Below, piece after piece: positions 37,778-45,642 of a stretch of DNA of 45,642 bases. The notes beneath the pieces were generated by a model. The model was not told the DNA's origin. It made no database searches and saw only the letters and a program-made list of their open reading frames with translations. The DNA is from Saprospiraceae bacterium (GTDB taxonomy: Bacteria; Bacteroidota; Bacteroidia; Chitinophagales; Saprospiraceae), in NCBI GenBank assembly GCA_020629535.1, contig JAHDDD010000002.1, positions 1 to 45,642 on the forward strand. Reading direction: 5' to 3'. The number at the start of each line of letters is the position of its first letter. Within the stretch, counting starts at the first letter, position 1. The position numbers and the translations under genes are program-made.

Positions 37778-38826
37778 ATCCCAAGAACCTTTTTAATCAA
37801 TGCCTCATCTGAACCTCCACCTGCGAAATCATCGAATGTCTTATCGGTAACTTCGATGATGTGATGTTTGATGAATTCGGCTCCTTCTTTTGCTCCTTGT
37901 TCGGGTGATTTTATACAGCATTCCCACTCGAGAACTGCCCAACCATCAAAACCATACTGACTAAGTTTACTAAAGATCGAACCGAAGTCTATGTGCCCAT
38001 CACCTGGAGACCTATATCTTCCAGCTCTATTCCCCCAATCCTGATAACCTCCGAATGTTCCTTGCCGACCAGATGGGTTAAACTCAGCATCCTTGACGTG
38101 AAACATTCTGATGCGCTCGTGGTATAAATCAATGTATTCCAGATAATCCAATTGTTGTAAGATGAAATGGCTTGGATCATACAAAAGGCACGCTCTTGGA
38201 TGTTGGTTACAAGCATCCAGAAACATTTCGTAGGTAATTCCATCAAAGATATCTTCACCTGGATGTACTTCATAACATACGTCCACCCCGTTATCTTCAA
38301 ATACATCTAAAATGGGTGTCCAACGATTTGCTAATTCTTTAAATCCTGCTTCGACCAATCCCGCAGGTCTCTGTGGCCAAGGATGAAATGTATGCCACAT
38401 CAATGCTCCTGAAAAAGTAGCATGCACATCAATACCTAAATTTCTACTTGCAACAGCGGCATTTTTAACTGTTTGAATAGCCCATTCTGTTCGACCTTTT
38501 GGATTGTTTCGTAAGTTCTCAGGAGCGAATGCATCAAACAATTGGTCATATGCCGGATGGACTGCTACCAATTGACCCTGAAGGTGTGTTGAAAGTTCGC
38601 TGATTTCCAATCCGTGCTCAGCAATTCTTCCTTTCAATTCGTCACAATAATCTTTGCTTTCTGCAGCCTTTTCAAGATCAATAAGTCGAGCATCCCAAGT
38701 TGGAATTTGAATCGCTTTGTAGCCTAGTGAAGCGACCCATTTGCAAATTGAATCAAGTGAATTGTATGGCTCTTCATTGCCCATAAACTGGGCCAGAAAA
38801 ATGGCAGGTCCTTTGATGGTTTTCAT
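37774..38826 (-). CDS. Sugar phosphate isomerase/epimerase (xylose-isomerase-like TIM barrel, AP_endonuc_2 family)
   Basis: 350 aa, no signal peptide. ..YEVHPGEDIFD.., ..YDPSHFILQ.., ..FHVKDAEF.., ..GWAVLEWEC.. metal-ligand pattern of this fold. Confidence 0.8.
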   Translation of the reverse strand: MKTIKGPAIFLAQFMGNEEPYNSLDSICKWVASLGYKAIQIPTWDARLIDLEKAAESKDYCDELKGRIAEHGLEISELSTHLQGQLVAVHPAYDQLFDAFAPENLRNNPKGRTEWAIQTVKNAAVASRNLGIDVHATFSGALMWHTFHPWPQRPAGLVEAGFKELANRWTPILDVFEDNGVDVCYEVHPGEDIFDGITYEMFLDACNQHPRACLLYDPSHFILQQLDYLEYIDLYHERIRMFHVKDAEFNPSGRQGTFGGYQDWGNRAGRYRSPGDGHIDFGSIFSKLSQYGFDGWAVLEWECCIKSPEQGAKEGAEFIKHHIIEVTDKTFDDFAGGGSDEALIKKVLGI

Positions 38827-38875
38827 CCTGTAAATTTTTCTCTAATTTACAGAGAGATTTACACAAAGGCGAAGC

Positions 38876-39469
38876 TTAATCTTTTAATGTGGATGGATTT
38901 ATAATCAATTTCCAGCCCATTGATCTTGCTGCTACATCGAGCATGTCCAAAAGGTCATCTCGTTGTTGTTCGGCTGTTTTAAAAAGGTCTGAATCTTTGA
39001 CTACTTCACCGGCATAATTCTTTGCCTTATTCGATATATCGGTAAGTTCTTGTTCAGAAAAAGTGTTGAATGTTCCCTCTTGGATATCGTAATAATCTAG
39101 ATCATGATCGATGGCCAGAATCTCAGGAGCCTTAAGTGAATCAATGATAATCTCCTTGGTCTCATCGTTGATATTGATTTCTGCTGATTCAAAATTGTAG
39201 CCGACGAGTACTTTTGCATTTACCCTTACGAGAATTTTTTTTCTTAAAGGAGATATGTCATAGTATTGATAGTCTTTGTAATCATATATTTCCGATACGT
39301 GACCCTCAGCAGCTACCAACTTAAACACTTTCTCAATCCTATTCATTACAGCCGTCGAATTCTCTTCAACATATCGCTGAGATATCTTATTTTTAAAACC
39401 AAAATACCAACCAGCAGAACCTGCCATCAAGATTGCCAAAATCAGAATGAGAATATTTCTTGCTTTCAT
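38876..39469 (-). CDS. DUF4230-like membrane-anchored protein
   Basis: 197 aa. N-terminal TM (ILILILAILMAGSAGWYFGF). Body pattern (..KKILVRVNAKVLVGYNF...KEIIIDSLKAPEILAID..) matches my recollection of DUF4230. Confidence 0.6.
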   Translation of the reverse strand: MKARNILILILAILMAGSAGWYFGFKNKISQRYVEENSTAVMNRIEKVFKLVAAEGHVSEIYDYKDYQYYDISPLRKKILVRVNAKVLVGYNFESAEININDETKEIIIDSLKAPEILAIDHDLDYYDIQEGTFNTFSEQELTDISNKAKNYAGEVVKDSDLFKTAEQQRDDLLDMLDVAARSMGWKLIINPSTLKD

Positions 39470-39470
39470 A

Positions 39471-40289
39471 TCAAAATGATTGAGCGAATGGGTACTTCAA
39501 TCCCTCATAGCCAGAAAGTACTGCCTTGACGGCACCAACACTCACCGGAGATTCTATGAGAAGGGGTATTTTATTTTTATCATCACTGATGTAGATATTC
39601 ATTACAGCTTCTTCAGTAAATACATTTCCAGTAATCAAGGTAGGACTGAAAATTCTAACATCATACTTCCCAAGATTCTTAATCTTCTTGCGTTCTAATC
39701 CACTGTATTTTAAGTCCAATGTGAAAAGTTCTTTGTCGAAAAATACATCCATTGGCATTTTGTCTCCTGAATCTAAAGCAGTAACATCAAATGTTCTCAA
39801 TGAATATATGATGCTCAACATATCATGTGCGCAATGGTTTAATGTGAAGTTATGCTCTTTTGCAGAACTGCGACTCCCTCCAAAGTACTCTTTTATGGTG
39901 TAGTTAGATTGATTAAATGCAATCGAGTCAAATCTTACATATTTCCCCTCTTCAACTTCTCTTTTGAAATGATTTGGTAGCAATGTTGTTGTATCTGTTC
40001 TACTTTCATAATAATCTCTCACCTTAAAGATCTTATCATACTTTGGAAATGTATAGCCATAGCAGAGGTAGTGAAATTCATCTCCTTCTAACTTTACTTC
40101 AAATGTTACTTCACCTGCTGCGATCCACAACAAGCCCCAATTGTAGAAAACAGTATAGGTAAGCTTTTCTCCCACCGCAAAATTTCTAGCTTCTGCTGAA
40201 CAAGGCATTTCTTGACTTGAACTAAAGTCTTGTGCAAAAGCACCATAAGACAACATCAGAAAAGCCAAAATGTAATTAAATGTCTTCAT
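39471..40289 (-). CDS. DUF3108-like exported protein
   Basis: ATG 40289 gives signal peptide MKTFNYILAFLMLSYGAFA|QD (the ORF-track start 40304 is a TTG). GEKLTYTVFYNWGLLWIAAGEVTFEV resembles the DUF3108 N-terminal signature. Confidence 0.6.
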   Translation of the reverse strand: MKTFNYILAFLMLSYGAFAQDFSSSQEMPCSAEARNFAVGEKLTYTVFYNWGLLWIAAGEVTFEVKLEGDEFHYLCYGYTFPKYDKIFKVRDYYESRTDTTTLLPNHFKREVEEGKYVRFDSIAFNQSNYTIKEYFGGSRSSAKEHNFTLNHCAHDMLSIIYSLRTFDVTALDSGDKMPMDVFFDKELFTLDLKYSGLERKKIKNLGKYDVRIFSPTLITGNVFTEEAVMNIYISDDKNKIPLLIESPVSVGAVKAVLSGYEGLKYPFAQSF

Positions 40290-41271
40290 TTCCGTGTTTT
40301 TCAATTTGCCTAAAGTTGTAAAACCAGATCAATATTAATCCAATCAACGATGGTAATAACAAATTAATTATCCAAATCATTAGAGAGCTGATCAATATTG
40401 TTATTTCATTAACATTGTATGAGGATAAAACCATAATCGCTATTTCTCCTCTAGCTACCGCACTTAATACACCAGGTATTGGTATTCCAGACTGAATGGC
40501 ATAGATCAATGGTATGGACGGTAAAGCAATTTTTGCCATCAACTCCATACCGAAGAAAACCAATAAGAGATAAAATTGAAAGCAGAAAACGGCGTATCTC
40601 ATACCTGATAAAAGCAAAACAAAAAATAACTGTTTTGGTGTATACGTCAATAATTCCTTATCGTGTAATGAGGGGAATCTTCTCTTGAGATAAGGTGTTC
40701 TAATCTTTTGAGAAATAACCGGTAAAAGAAAATAAACAATCAAGACTATCAATGCTACACCAAGAATTCCTAAAATCAATGGATCTAATGATCGAAAATA
40801 AAATATCGGATGTGAAGGAATTAGAAGCTTCAATGAAATCGCACCAAAAACCAATATCCAAAAATTCTGTGAAATGCTTCCATACAAACTTGATGCAACG
40901 GAAACTGGCATTTTCCTTTTTGGTAATACAAGTAGTCTTCCTGCAAATTCTCCAACTCTAAATGGTGAAACCATGCCCAAGGTAATCCCCATTAATACAG
41001 CCTTTGCTGATTCTCTAAATGAGATTTTATGCTTGACTTCAACCAAACTTTTCCATTTAATGATCTCCAATGTCCAATTAATGAACATAAGAACAATTGT
41101 TATTAAAAGAAAAATATATGATCTATCATGAGAGCTTGATTTATATTCAATTACGAGCGCATTGAAATCATTCCTGACGAATAATTGTTGATAGATAAGT
41201 GAGGCAAAAACTATGGCTATAATAAGCTTTGCCAGATTTATCCAAGTCATATATTGTTGTGGCTGACTCAA
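40276..41271 (-). CDS. UPF0104 / lysylphosphatidylglycerol-synthase-TM-like (flippase-like) integral membrane protein
   Basis: 331 aa, about 8 TM helices. ..FRESAKAVLMGITLGMVSPFRVGEFAGR.. resembles the conserved loop of PF03706-type proteins. No fused catalytic domain. Confidence 0.6.
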   Translation of the reverse strand: MSQPQQYMTWINLAKLIIAIVFASLIYQQLFVRNDFNALVIEYKSSSHDRSYIFLLITIVLMFINWTLEIIKWKSLVEVKHKISFRESAKAVLMGITLGMVSPFRVGEFAGRLLVLPKRKMPVSVASSLYGSISQNFWILVFGAISLKLLIPSHPIFYFRSLDPLILGILGVALIVLIVYFLLPVISQKIRTPYLKRRFPSLHDKELLTYTPKQLFFVLLLSGMRYAVFCFQFYLLLVFFGMELMAKIALPSIPLIYAIQSGIPIPGVLSAVARGEIAIMVLSSYNVNEITILISSLMIWIINLLLPSLIGLILIWFYNFRQIEKHGNEDI

Positions 41272-41337
41272 TAGCTTCCTAAGTCGTTTATAAATTGAAT
41301 ATATTTAGGCGCATTTATTGCCATGCTAAAGTAGCAT

Positions 41338-41901
41338 TTGAATATGAAGAAACCATATAAAATACTCGGTGTAGATCCTGGAACAAATATCATGGGATAC
41401 GCTATCATCGAAATCCTTGATAATAAACCCAAGTTGATTGATATGGGAGTATTTAATCTTCGCAAATTTGAGGATCACCAAACCAAGTTGAAGGAAATAT
41501 TTCTTCAGCTTCAAGAAATCATTGAAACATACCTGCCCACCAAGTTAGCCGTAGAGGCTCCCTTTTATGGCAAGAATGTACAATCGATGCTTAAACTTGG
41601 AAGAGCACAAGGTGTTTCGATGGCTGCTGCCATGACAATGGGTCTTAGCATTCATGAATTTTCTCCTAAGAAAATAAAACTTGCCATTACCGGAAACGGG
41701 AATGCAAGCAAAGAGCAAGTGGCACATTTACTTGGAAGTATGATGAGCATACAGATTCAGTCCAAATATCTAGATGCCACTGACGCATTGGCTGCAGCTG
41801 TTACACTCTTCCATGCCGAATCAAATCCATTAAAAATGAGTGGTGGCAAAATGGACTGGAAAAAATTCATCAAGGAAAATCCTAAAAGGATTAAGTCATA
41901 G
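41338..41901 (+). CDS. ruvC: Crossover junction endodeoxyribonuclease RuvC
   Basis: ILGVDPGTNIMGYAII.., ..LAVEAPFYGKNVQS.LKLG.A.G.., ..KQVAHLL......DATDALAAAV. Confidence 0.9.
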   Translation: MNMKKPYKILGVDPGTNIMGYAIIEILDNKPKLIDMGVFNLRKFEDHQTKLKEIFLQLQEIIETYLPTKLAVEAPFYGKNVQSMLKLGRAQGVSMAAAMTMGLSIHEFSPKKIKLAITGNGNASKEQVAHLLGSMMSIQIQSKYLDATDALAAAVTLFHAESNPLKMSGGKMDWKKFIKENPKRIKS

Positions 41902-42295
41902 ACTCAAAACTCTCTAAAATTTTATCTGCTATCTCAACAAACTCTTCTTTTTTCAATGCCAATTTGTCTTTACTAATATCCATATCGGATGCAGCATTGA
42001 TCGGTATCAGGTGAACATGTGCATGAGGCACTTCCAAGCCAAAAACAAGGAGACCAATTCTGTTACAAGGGATCACCTTTTCTATTGCTCTTCCAACTTT
42101 CTTTGCGAATTTCATCAGACCGGAGTAGACTTCCTCGTCTAAATCAAAAATATAATCTACTTCACTTTTAGGTACAACCAATGTGTGACCCTTTGCCATA
42201 GGATTAATATCTAAAAAAGCAAAGTAATTTTCATCCTCGGCAATCTTATAGCAAGGAATATCTCCATTGATGATCTTGGTGAAAATACTCGCCAC
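41891..42295 (-). CDS. HIT family (histidine triad) nucleotide hydrolase
   Basis: IFTKIINGDIP, ..DINPMAKGHTLVVPK.., histidine triad HAHVHLIP. GTG start immediately after the greA TAG. The 3' end overlaps ruvC by 11 nt (convergent). Confidence 0.9.
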   Translation of the reverse strand: MASIFTKIINGDIPCYKIAEDENYFAFLDINPMAKGHTLVVPKSEVDYIFDLDEEVYSGLMKFAKKVGRAIEKVIPCNRIGLLVFGLEVPHAHVHLIPINAASDMDISKDKLALKKEEFVEIADKILESFESMT

Positions 42296-42766
42296 CTAAA
42301 TACCGATTTCTTTTATTTCAAATTTGAGGGTGCCTCTTGGAGTCTCTACTTCGGCAACATCACCAACGACTTTTCCAAGAAGTCCTTTTCCGATTGGAGA
42401 ATTTACAGAGATTTTTTTCTCCCTGATACTAGCTTCTGATTCAGAAACCAATTTATAGACGAATTCTTTGTTGTTTGCAAGATTTACGATGGTCACTTTT
42501 GACAAAACGGTGACCTTACTCGTGTCGATATCATCAGTGCTTATTACCCTGGCATTTGACAAAGCTTTCTCCAGCTCATTGATCTTAGCCTCCAACATGC
42601 CCTGCGCATCTTTAGCGGCATCATACTCTGCATTTTCAGATAAATCACCTTTTTCTCTAGCTTCTGCAATAGCTTGAGCAGCCTCTCTTCTGCCATCCGT
42701 TTTAAGCTTGTCTAATTCAGACTTCAGTTTGTCATAGCCTTCCTGCGTCATATAACTGTATGCCAT
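42296..42766 (-). CDS. greA: Transcription elongation factor GreA
   Basis: MTQEGYDKLKSELDKLK...GDLSENAEYDAAKD.Q......I..LE... and C-terminal ...SPIGKGLLGK.VGD..EV..P.G... Confidence 0.95.
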   Translation of the reverse strand: MAYSYMTQEGYDKLKSELDKLKTDGRREAAQAIAEAREKGDLSENAEYDAAKDAQGMLEAKINELEKALSNARVISTDDIDTSKVTVLSKVTIVNLANNKEFVYKLVSESEASIREKKISVNSPIGKGLLGKVVGDVAEVETPRGTLKFEIKEIGI

Positions 42767-42872
42767 AACTATAAATTTTCCATGGTTTTGTACTAAAACT
42801 AAGACGCTTCCACCATGATGATGAAAACGTCTTAATTGGATAAAATATCTTTTTTAGGCCTTTCGCCTACTT

Positions 42873-42880
42873 CAAATATA
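42873..42880 (-). promoter_or_regulatory. Candidate -7 promoter box (TATATTTG on minus strand) for greA
   Basis: Exact TAnnTTTG, 107-114 nt upstream of the greA ATG and just downstream of the PorV-like stop. Confidence 0.3.
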
Positions 42881-42881
42881 G

Positions 42882-43937
42882 TTAAAAACTAATTCTTATG
42901 CTAAAATTATGTGTGCCTCTGAATGGGCTGGTAGTTCTGTAAGCATAGTCCAAACCAAGTCGGTTTTTCGAACCTTTTTGGAATGGCAAAACGACACTTG
43001 CTCCAGCAGAGAAACCTGTATAAATATTCTGAACATCACCAGCATTTGAATCAAGTTCATACTTATAACCGCCTCTTAGGGTCAATAAATTTCCATATTG
43101 GAATTCAACTCCACCTCCAATCTGATCTCTAGAAAATGCATTAGAAGTAAAGTTCCCTAATACTCTTAGGTACATCTGTCTTGCTGATTCTTCTCCAGTA
43201 AAGTAGAAATCATAAGATGCACCAATGTTTAAAACAGACGGTAATTCAAACTGGTTGGCACGCACATTAAATTTTGTCACAAATTCAGATTCTGTATCTG
43301 TTCTTTCCAAAGGAAGGGCCAGACCTTCACCTGAAAATCTCATTGGAGTACCAATATTTCGTAGTGAAATGCCAAGTCTAAAATTATCTTGAGGACCAGA
43401 AACGTATTGAACTCCTGCGTCAATTGCAAAGCCAAAAGCATTTACATTGGGTAGACTTTCTGAAATGGCTCTCGCCAATACACCTACTGAGATTTTATTC
43501 TCATATGTATATGAATATCCAATTCCAAGATTAAAAAAGCCTGGAGAATATTGAGTTCCATCTCCTTCAGGTTGAGCAGTTGTAGTAACGTCAATGTCAC
43601 CAAAATCTACTAGCATCAACGAAATTCCAAATGCACTGTTCTTACCGGCTCTTTGAGCGAAGCCAAGAGAATTAAGTTGAATATCAGATCCTTCAAACAA
43701 TCTGGTATTTCCAAGAACTACTTCCCTTCCTGTTACTCTTCCTATACCTGCAGGGTTTAGCCTCAGAGCATCCACACCAAAACAACTTGCTGTTGTCATA
43801 GAATGGAGTCCTGCACTTCGTGCCCAAGGATTGAGAAGCAATTCAGCTGCTCCAGCTTCTCCTTGTCTGTCTGGGTTCCCCGCAAAGAGCGAAGAACCAA
43901 TCAGTATCATTAAAAATATATATAATGTCTTTTTCAT
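42882..43937 (-). CDS. PorV/PorQ-family outer membrane beta-barrel (T9SS-associated)
   Basis: ATG 43937 gives signal peptide MKKTLYIFLMILIGSSLFA (the ORF-track start 43982 is a TTG). N-terminal GEAGAAELLLNPWARSAGLHSMTTA...DALRLNPAGIG resembles the PorV/PorQ signature. Beta-barrel pattern ending ..HNFSIRISF. Confidence 0.6.
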   Translation of the reverse strand: MKKTLYIFLMILIGSSLFAGNPDRQGEAGAAELLLNPWARSAGLHSMTTASCFGVDALRLNPAGIGRVTGREVVLGNTRLFEGSDIQLNSLGFAQRAGKNSAFGISLMLVDFGDIDVTTTAQPEGDGTQYSPGFFNLGIGYSYTYENKISVGVLARAISESLPNVNAFGFAIDAGVQYVSGPQDNFRLGISLRNIGTPMRFSGEGLALPLERTDTESEFVTKFNVRANQFELPSVLNIGASYDFYFTGEESARQMYLRVLGNFTSNAFSRDQIGGGVEFQYGNLLTLRGGYKYELDSNAGDVQNIYTGFSAGASVVLPFQKGSKNRLGLDYAYRTTSPFRGTHNFSIRISF

Positions 43938-43971
43938 TTTTAGCTTGATTTTAATGTTTTCAGGATTTTGA

Positions 43972-45642
43972 TTATAGACCAATTGGATCGAATTTTCTGT
44001 TCACTCCGAACCATTTGATGGTTCGTTCAACACCATATTCTGGTGCGAATATGTGAATTAGATAAACTCCGCTTGCAACCGGAATACCTACGTTATTGTT
44101 CAAATCCCAAAACAGATCTGGTGAAGTTTGTGTACGATTTGTTCCTGGATTTGCACCAGTTTTAGACACACTTCTTTCATCTCTTCTAAACTGTCTGATG
44201 AATTTGCCATCTAAAGAGTAGATGGTAACATCAGCTCTGTCTGGAAGGTTTGTTACTTTCACCGTTTTTGTTCTTGGTCCAATTTCGTATGAAGAATAAC
44301 CATAGTAAGGATTTGGAACCACATTCACATCTGACAATATATTATCATCATCTGCAACAGCAACATCCGTTGCTTCTCTGCCTGTGATTTCGAATTCATA
44401 CTTAGGTAATCCACCAACGGCATTACAACCTTCTGGTGCAGAAATATTGAATGCACTTTCGACACCATACTTATTGTCTGCTCTCAGTTTTACCGTCAAA
44501 TCATTTGGAATGGCTCCTTCAGCATATGTAGGCAATGAAACGCCTACAGGTGCAATCGCCATTGAACACCATGTAACGGATGTATATGCGTTTACTCTTT
44601 GGAAAGTAGAACCGCTGATTTGATCTCTCAAACTCGCGCATTCATCATACTCGTCACGAGTAACATATACTATGTGTTGTCCACCCATTACAAATGTACG
44701 TGGATCAAGATTGAATTCTGATGCACCAGGTACTTCTGCAATTGGCTGAGAAGTAGGATTGAAAACCATATCTCCTCCAATCGGATCTCCATTATCAAGG
44801 AACTCAGTGAAGTCTCCTGAATACACTGAATTTTCACCAAAGAAAATGTTTAACCTCTTACCTGTTTCAACATCGATGGCATACCCTGGGAACCAACTCA
44901 TACCTTCTCCATCTCCATCAGGTTGGCCATTTTTGTCGACAGATGCAGATTTTCTCAAACTCATGTTTGAAGCATTGCCTATTGGGTTAACTCCTGCAGA
45001 AACATAATCAGGAGATGCTGTTTCTACAACCACACATCTTGACCATTGACTCTTATCGTTTGTAAATTTAAGATCAACATTATTCAATGCACTCAGGTCG
45101 GTGAAGTTTCTTACTAAACCCTGTGATGGTTGCCATGCTGGTGTTAAGTAGAAGTTACCAACATCAGCTGCAGATCTTCCATCGCAAAGGAAGAATGGGT
45201 AAAATGTTCTTTCTCCTAATGAGCTGAATGCGCTGAACTCATCAAGTGCATTGTCAACCTCACCACTTGAAGTTTTCATGAAATTGAAAACCGGAGTAAG
45301 GAAAGGTGGTATTTCAAGACCAGTTGCATCATCGGTCAATCCACCATACCAAGCAACACCTGAAGGATCATCATATACATATCTCACATCGATACCACCA
45401 TTTGAATTCGTAAGATTATCTCCTGGCTCATCCGATTGTGCAATCGAGATTGAAAATCCATATTCCGGTAGTAATTGCTCATTCAATACATCTATATCTC
45501 TTTCTGATGAAATAATTTCACCTGTTTCAAGATTGGTCAATTCCCAAACGGCACCTTCAGCAAGAGGACAACCAGTTTCTGCATTGGCTCTTTCACCAAT
45601 CATTTCAAGACTGAACTTACCATCTTTTACATCAAGAGGATT
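43972..45642 (-). CDS. Large secreted protein with T9SS-type C-terminal sorting domain; 5' part outside the window
   Basis: The frame stays open from Met 45603 to the window end (…NPLDVKDGKFSLE-M…), so the gene is truncated by the window. C-terminus is VVPNPYYG..VKVTNLP..ADVTIYSLDGKFI....WDLNNNVGIPVASGVYLIHI.. (CTD/FlgD-Ig-like pattern). Confidence 0.7.
   Translation of the reverse strand, partial: NPLDVKDGKFSLEMIGERANAETGCPLAEGAVWELTNLETGEIISSERDIDVLNEQLLPEYGFSISIAQSDEPGDNLTNSNGGIDVRYVYDDPSGVAWYGGLTDDATGLEIPPFLTPVFNFMKTSSGEVDNALDEFSAFSSLGERTFYPFFLCDGRSAADVGNFYLTPAWQPSQGLVRNFTDLSALNNVDLKFTNDKSQWSRCVVVETASPDYVSAGVNPIGNASNMSLRKSASVDKNGQPDGDGEGMSWFPGYAIDVETGKRLNIFFGENSVYSGDFTEFLDNGDPIGGDMVFNPTSQPIAEVPGASEFNLDPRTFVMGGQHIVYVTRDEYDECASLRDQISGSTFQRVNAYTSVTWCSMAIAPVGVSLPTYAEGAIPNDLTVKLRADNKYGVESAFNISAPEGCNAVGGLPKYEFEITGREATDVAVADDDNILSDVNVVPNPYYGYSSYEIGPRTKTVKVTNLPDRADVTIYSLDGKFIRQFRRDERSVSKTGANPGTNRTQTSPDLFWDLNNNVGIPVASGVYLIHIFAPEYGVERTIKWFGVNRKFDPIGL

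Noticed and set aside
1-45642. Searched by eye for CRISPR arrays, rRNA/tRNA genes, IS elements, integrases, phage genes and known defence-system hallmarks (nucleases, ATPases, reverse transcriptase, toxin-antitoxin pairs).
   Set aside because: No spaced direct-repeat arrays, no cloverleaf-like GC-rich blocks, and no transposase, integrase or RT-like ORFs. All intergenic regions are short (<360 nt) and gene content is largely housekeeping.
43972-45642. Considered calling this gene porU (T9SS sortase) because it precedes a PorV-like gene.
   Set aside because: No C25 cysteine-peptidase His/Cys signature could be recognised in the visible 556 aa, and the N-terminal part is outside the window. 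Kept as a generic CTD protein.

Overview
AT-rich window that reads as a mostly core chromosomal segment of a Bacteroidota genome. Phylum evidence: a SusC/SusD pair, three proteins with T9SS C-terminal sorting domains, a PorV/PorQ-like barrel, an ExbB-ExbD-ExbD-TonB cluster, Gln at +1 of most signal-peptidase-I sites, and TAnnTTTG-type -7 boxes. Finer taxonomy cannot be assigned from sequence alone.

Gene content, left to right:
- T9SS cargo 3' fragment (cut by the window edge) and a MATE efflux pump.
- Tat-exported Gfo/Idh/MocA oxidoreductase, DUF885 lipoprotein, SusC and SusD.
- Exported acetamidase/formamidase and a large polytopic membrane protein.
- D-2-hydroxyacid (phosphoglycerate-type) dehydrogenase.
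- exbB-exbD-exbD-tonB and a thioredoxin-fold protein.
- Membrane-anchored triple helix-hairpin-helix repeat protein with an OmpA-like partner, divergent from comEC.
- DinB-family protein and rlmN.
- pyrH-tsf-rpsB-rpsI-rplM block and a TPR protein.
- Partial mevalonate cluster: type-2 IPP isomerase, class II HMG-CoA reductase, GYDIA-type GHMP kinase.
- cysS, an M28/glutaminyl-cyclase-like lipoprotein and an Omp28-like T9SS cargo.
- Minus-strand run: UPF0104 membrane protein, DUF3108, DUF4230, xylose-isomerase-like TIM barrel, TonB-dependent receptor.
- ruvC, HIT, greA.
- PorV/PorQ-like barrel and a large T9SS cargo cut by the window edge.

I found no rRNA, tRNA, CRISPR array, transposase, integrase or recognisable defence system.

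The most unusual items are:
1. The TM/coiled-coil/3xHhH protein plus OmpA pair next to a ComEC that has a degenerate C-terminal domain.
2. The overlapped UPF0104/DUF3108/DUF4230 trio.
3. Two mevalonate-cluster genes whose conserved N-terminal motifs lie upstream of any ATG/GTG/TTG codon.
4. A GC-rich hairpin island in an AT-rich spacer.

All functional calls come from motif recognition by eye. None is backed by a database search.
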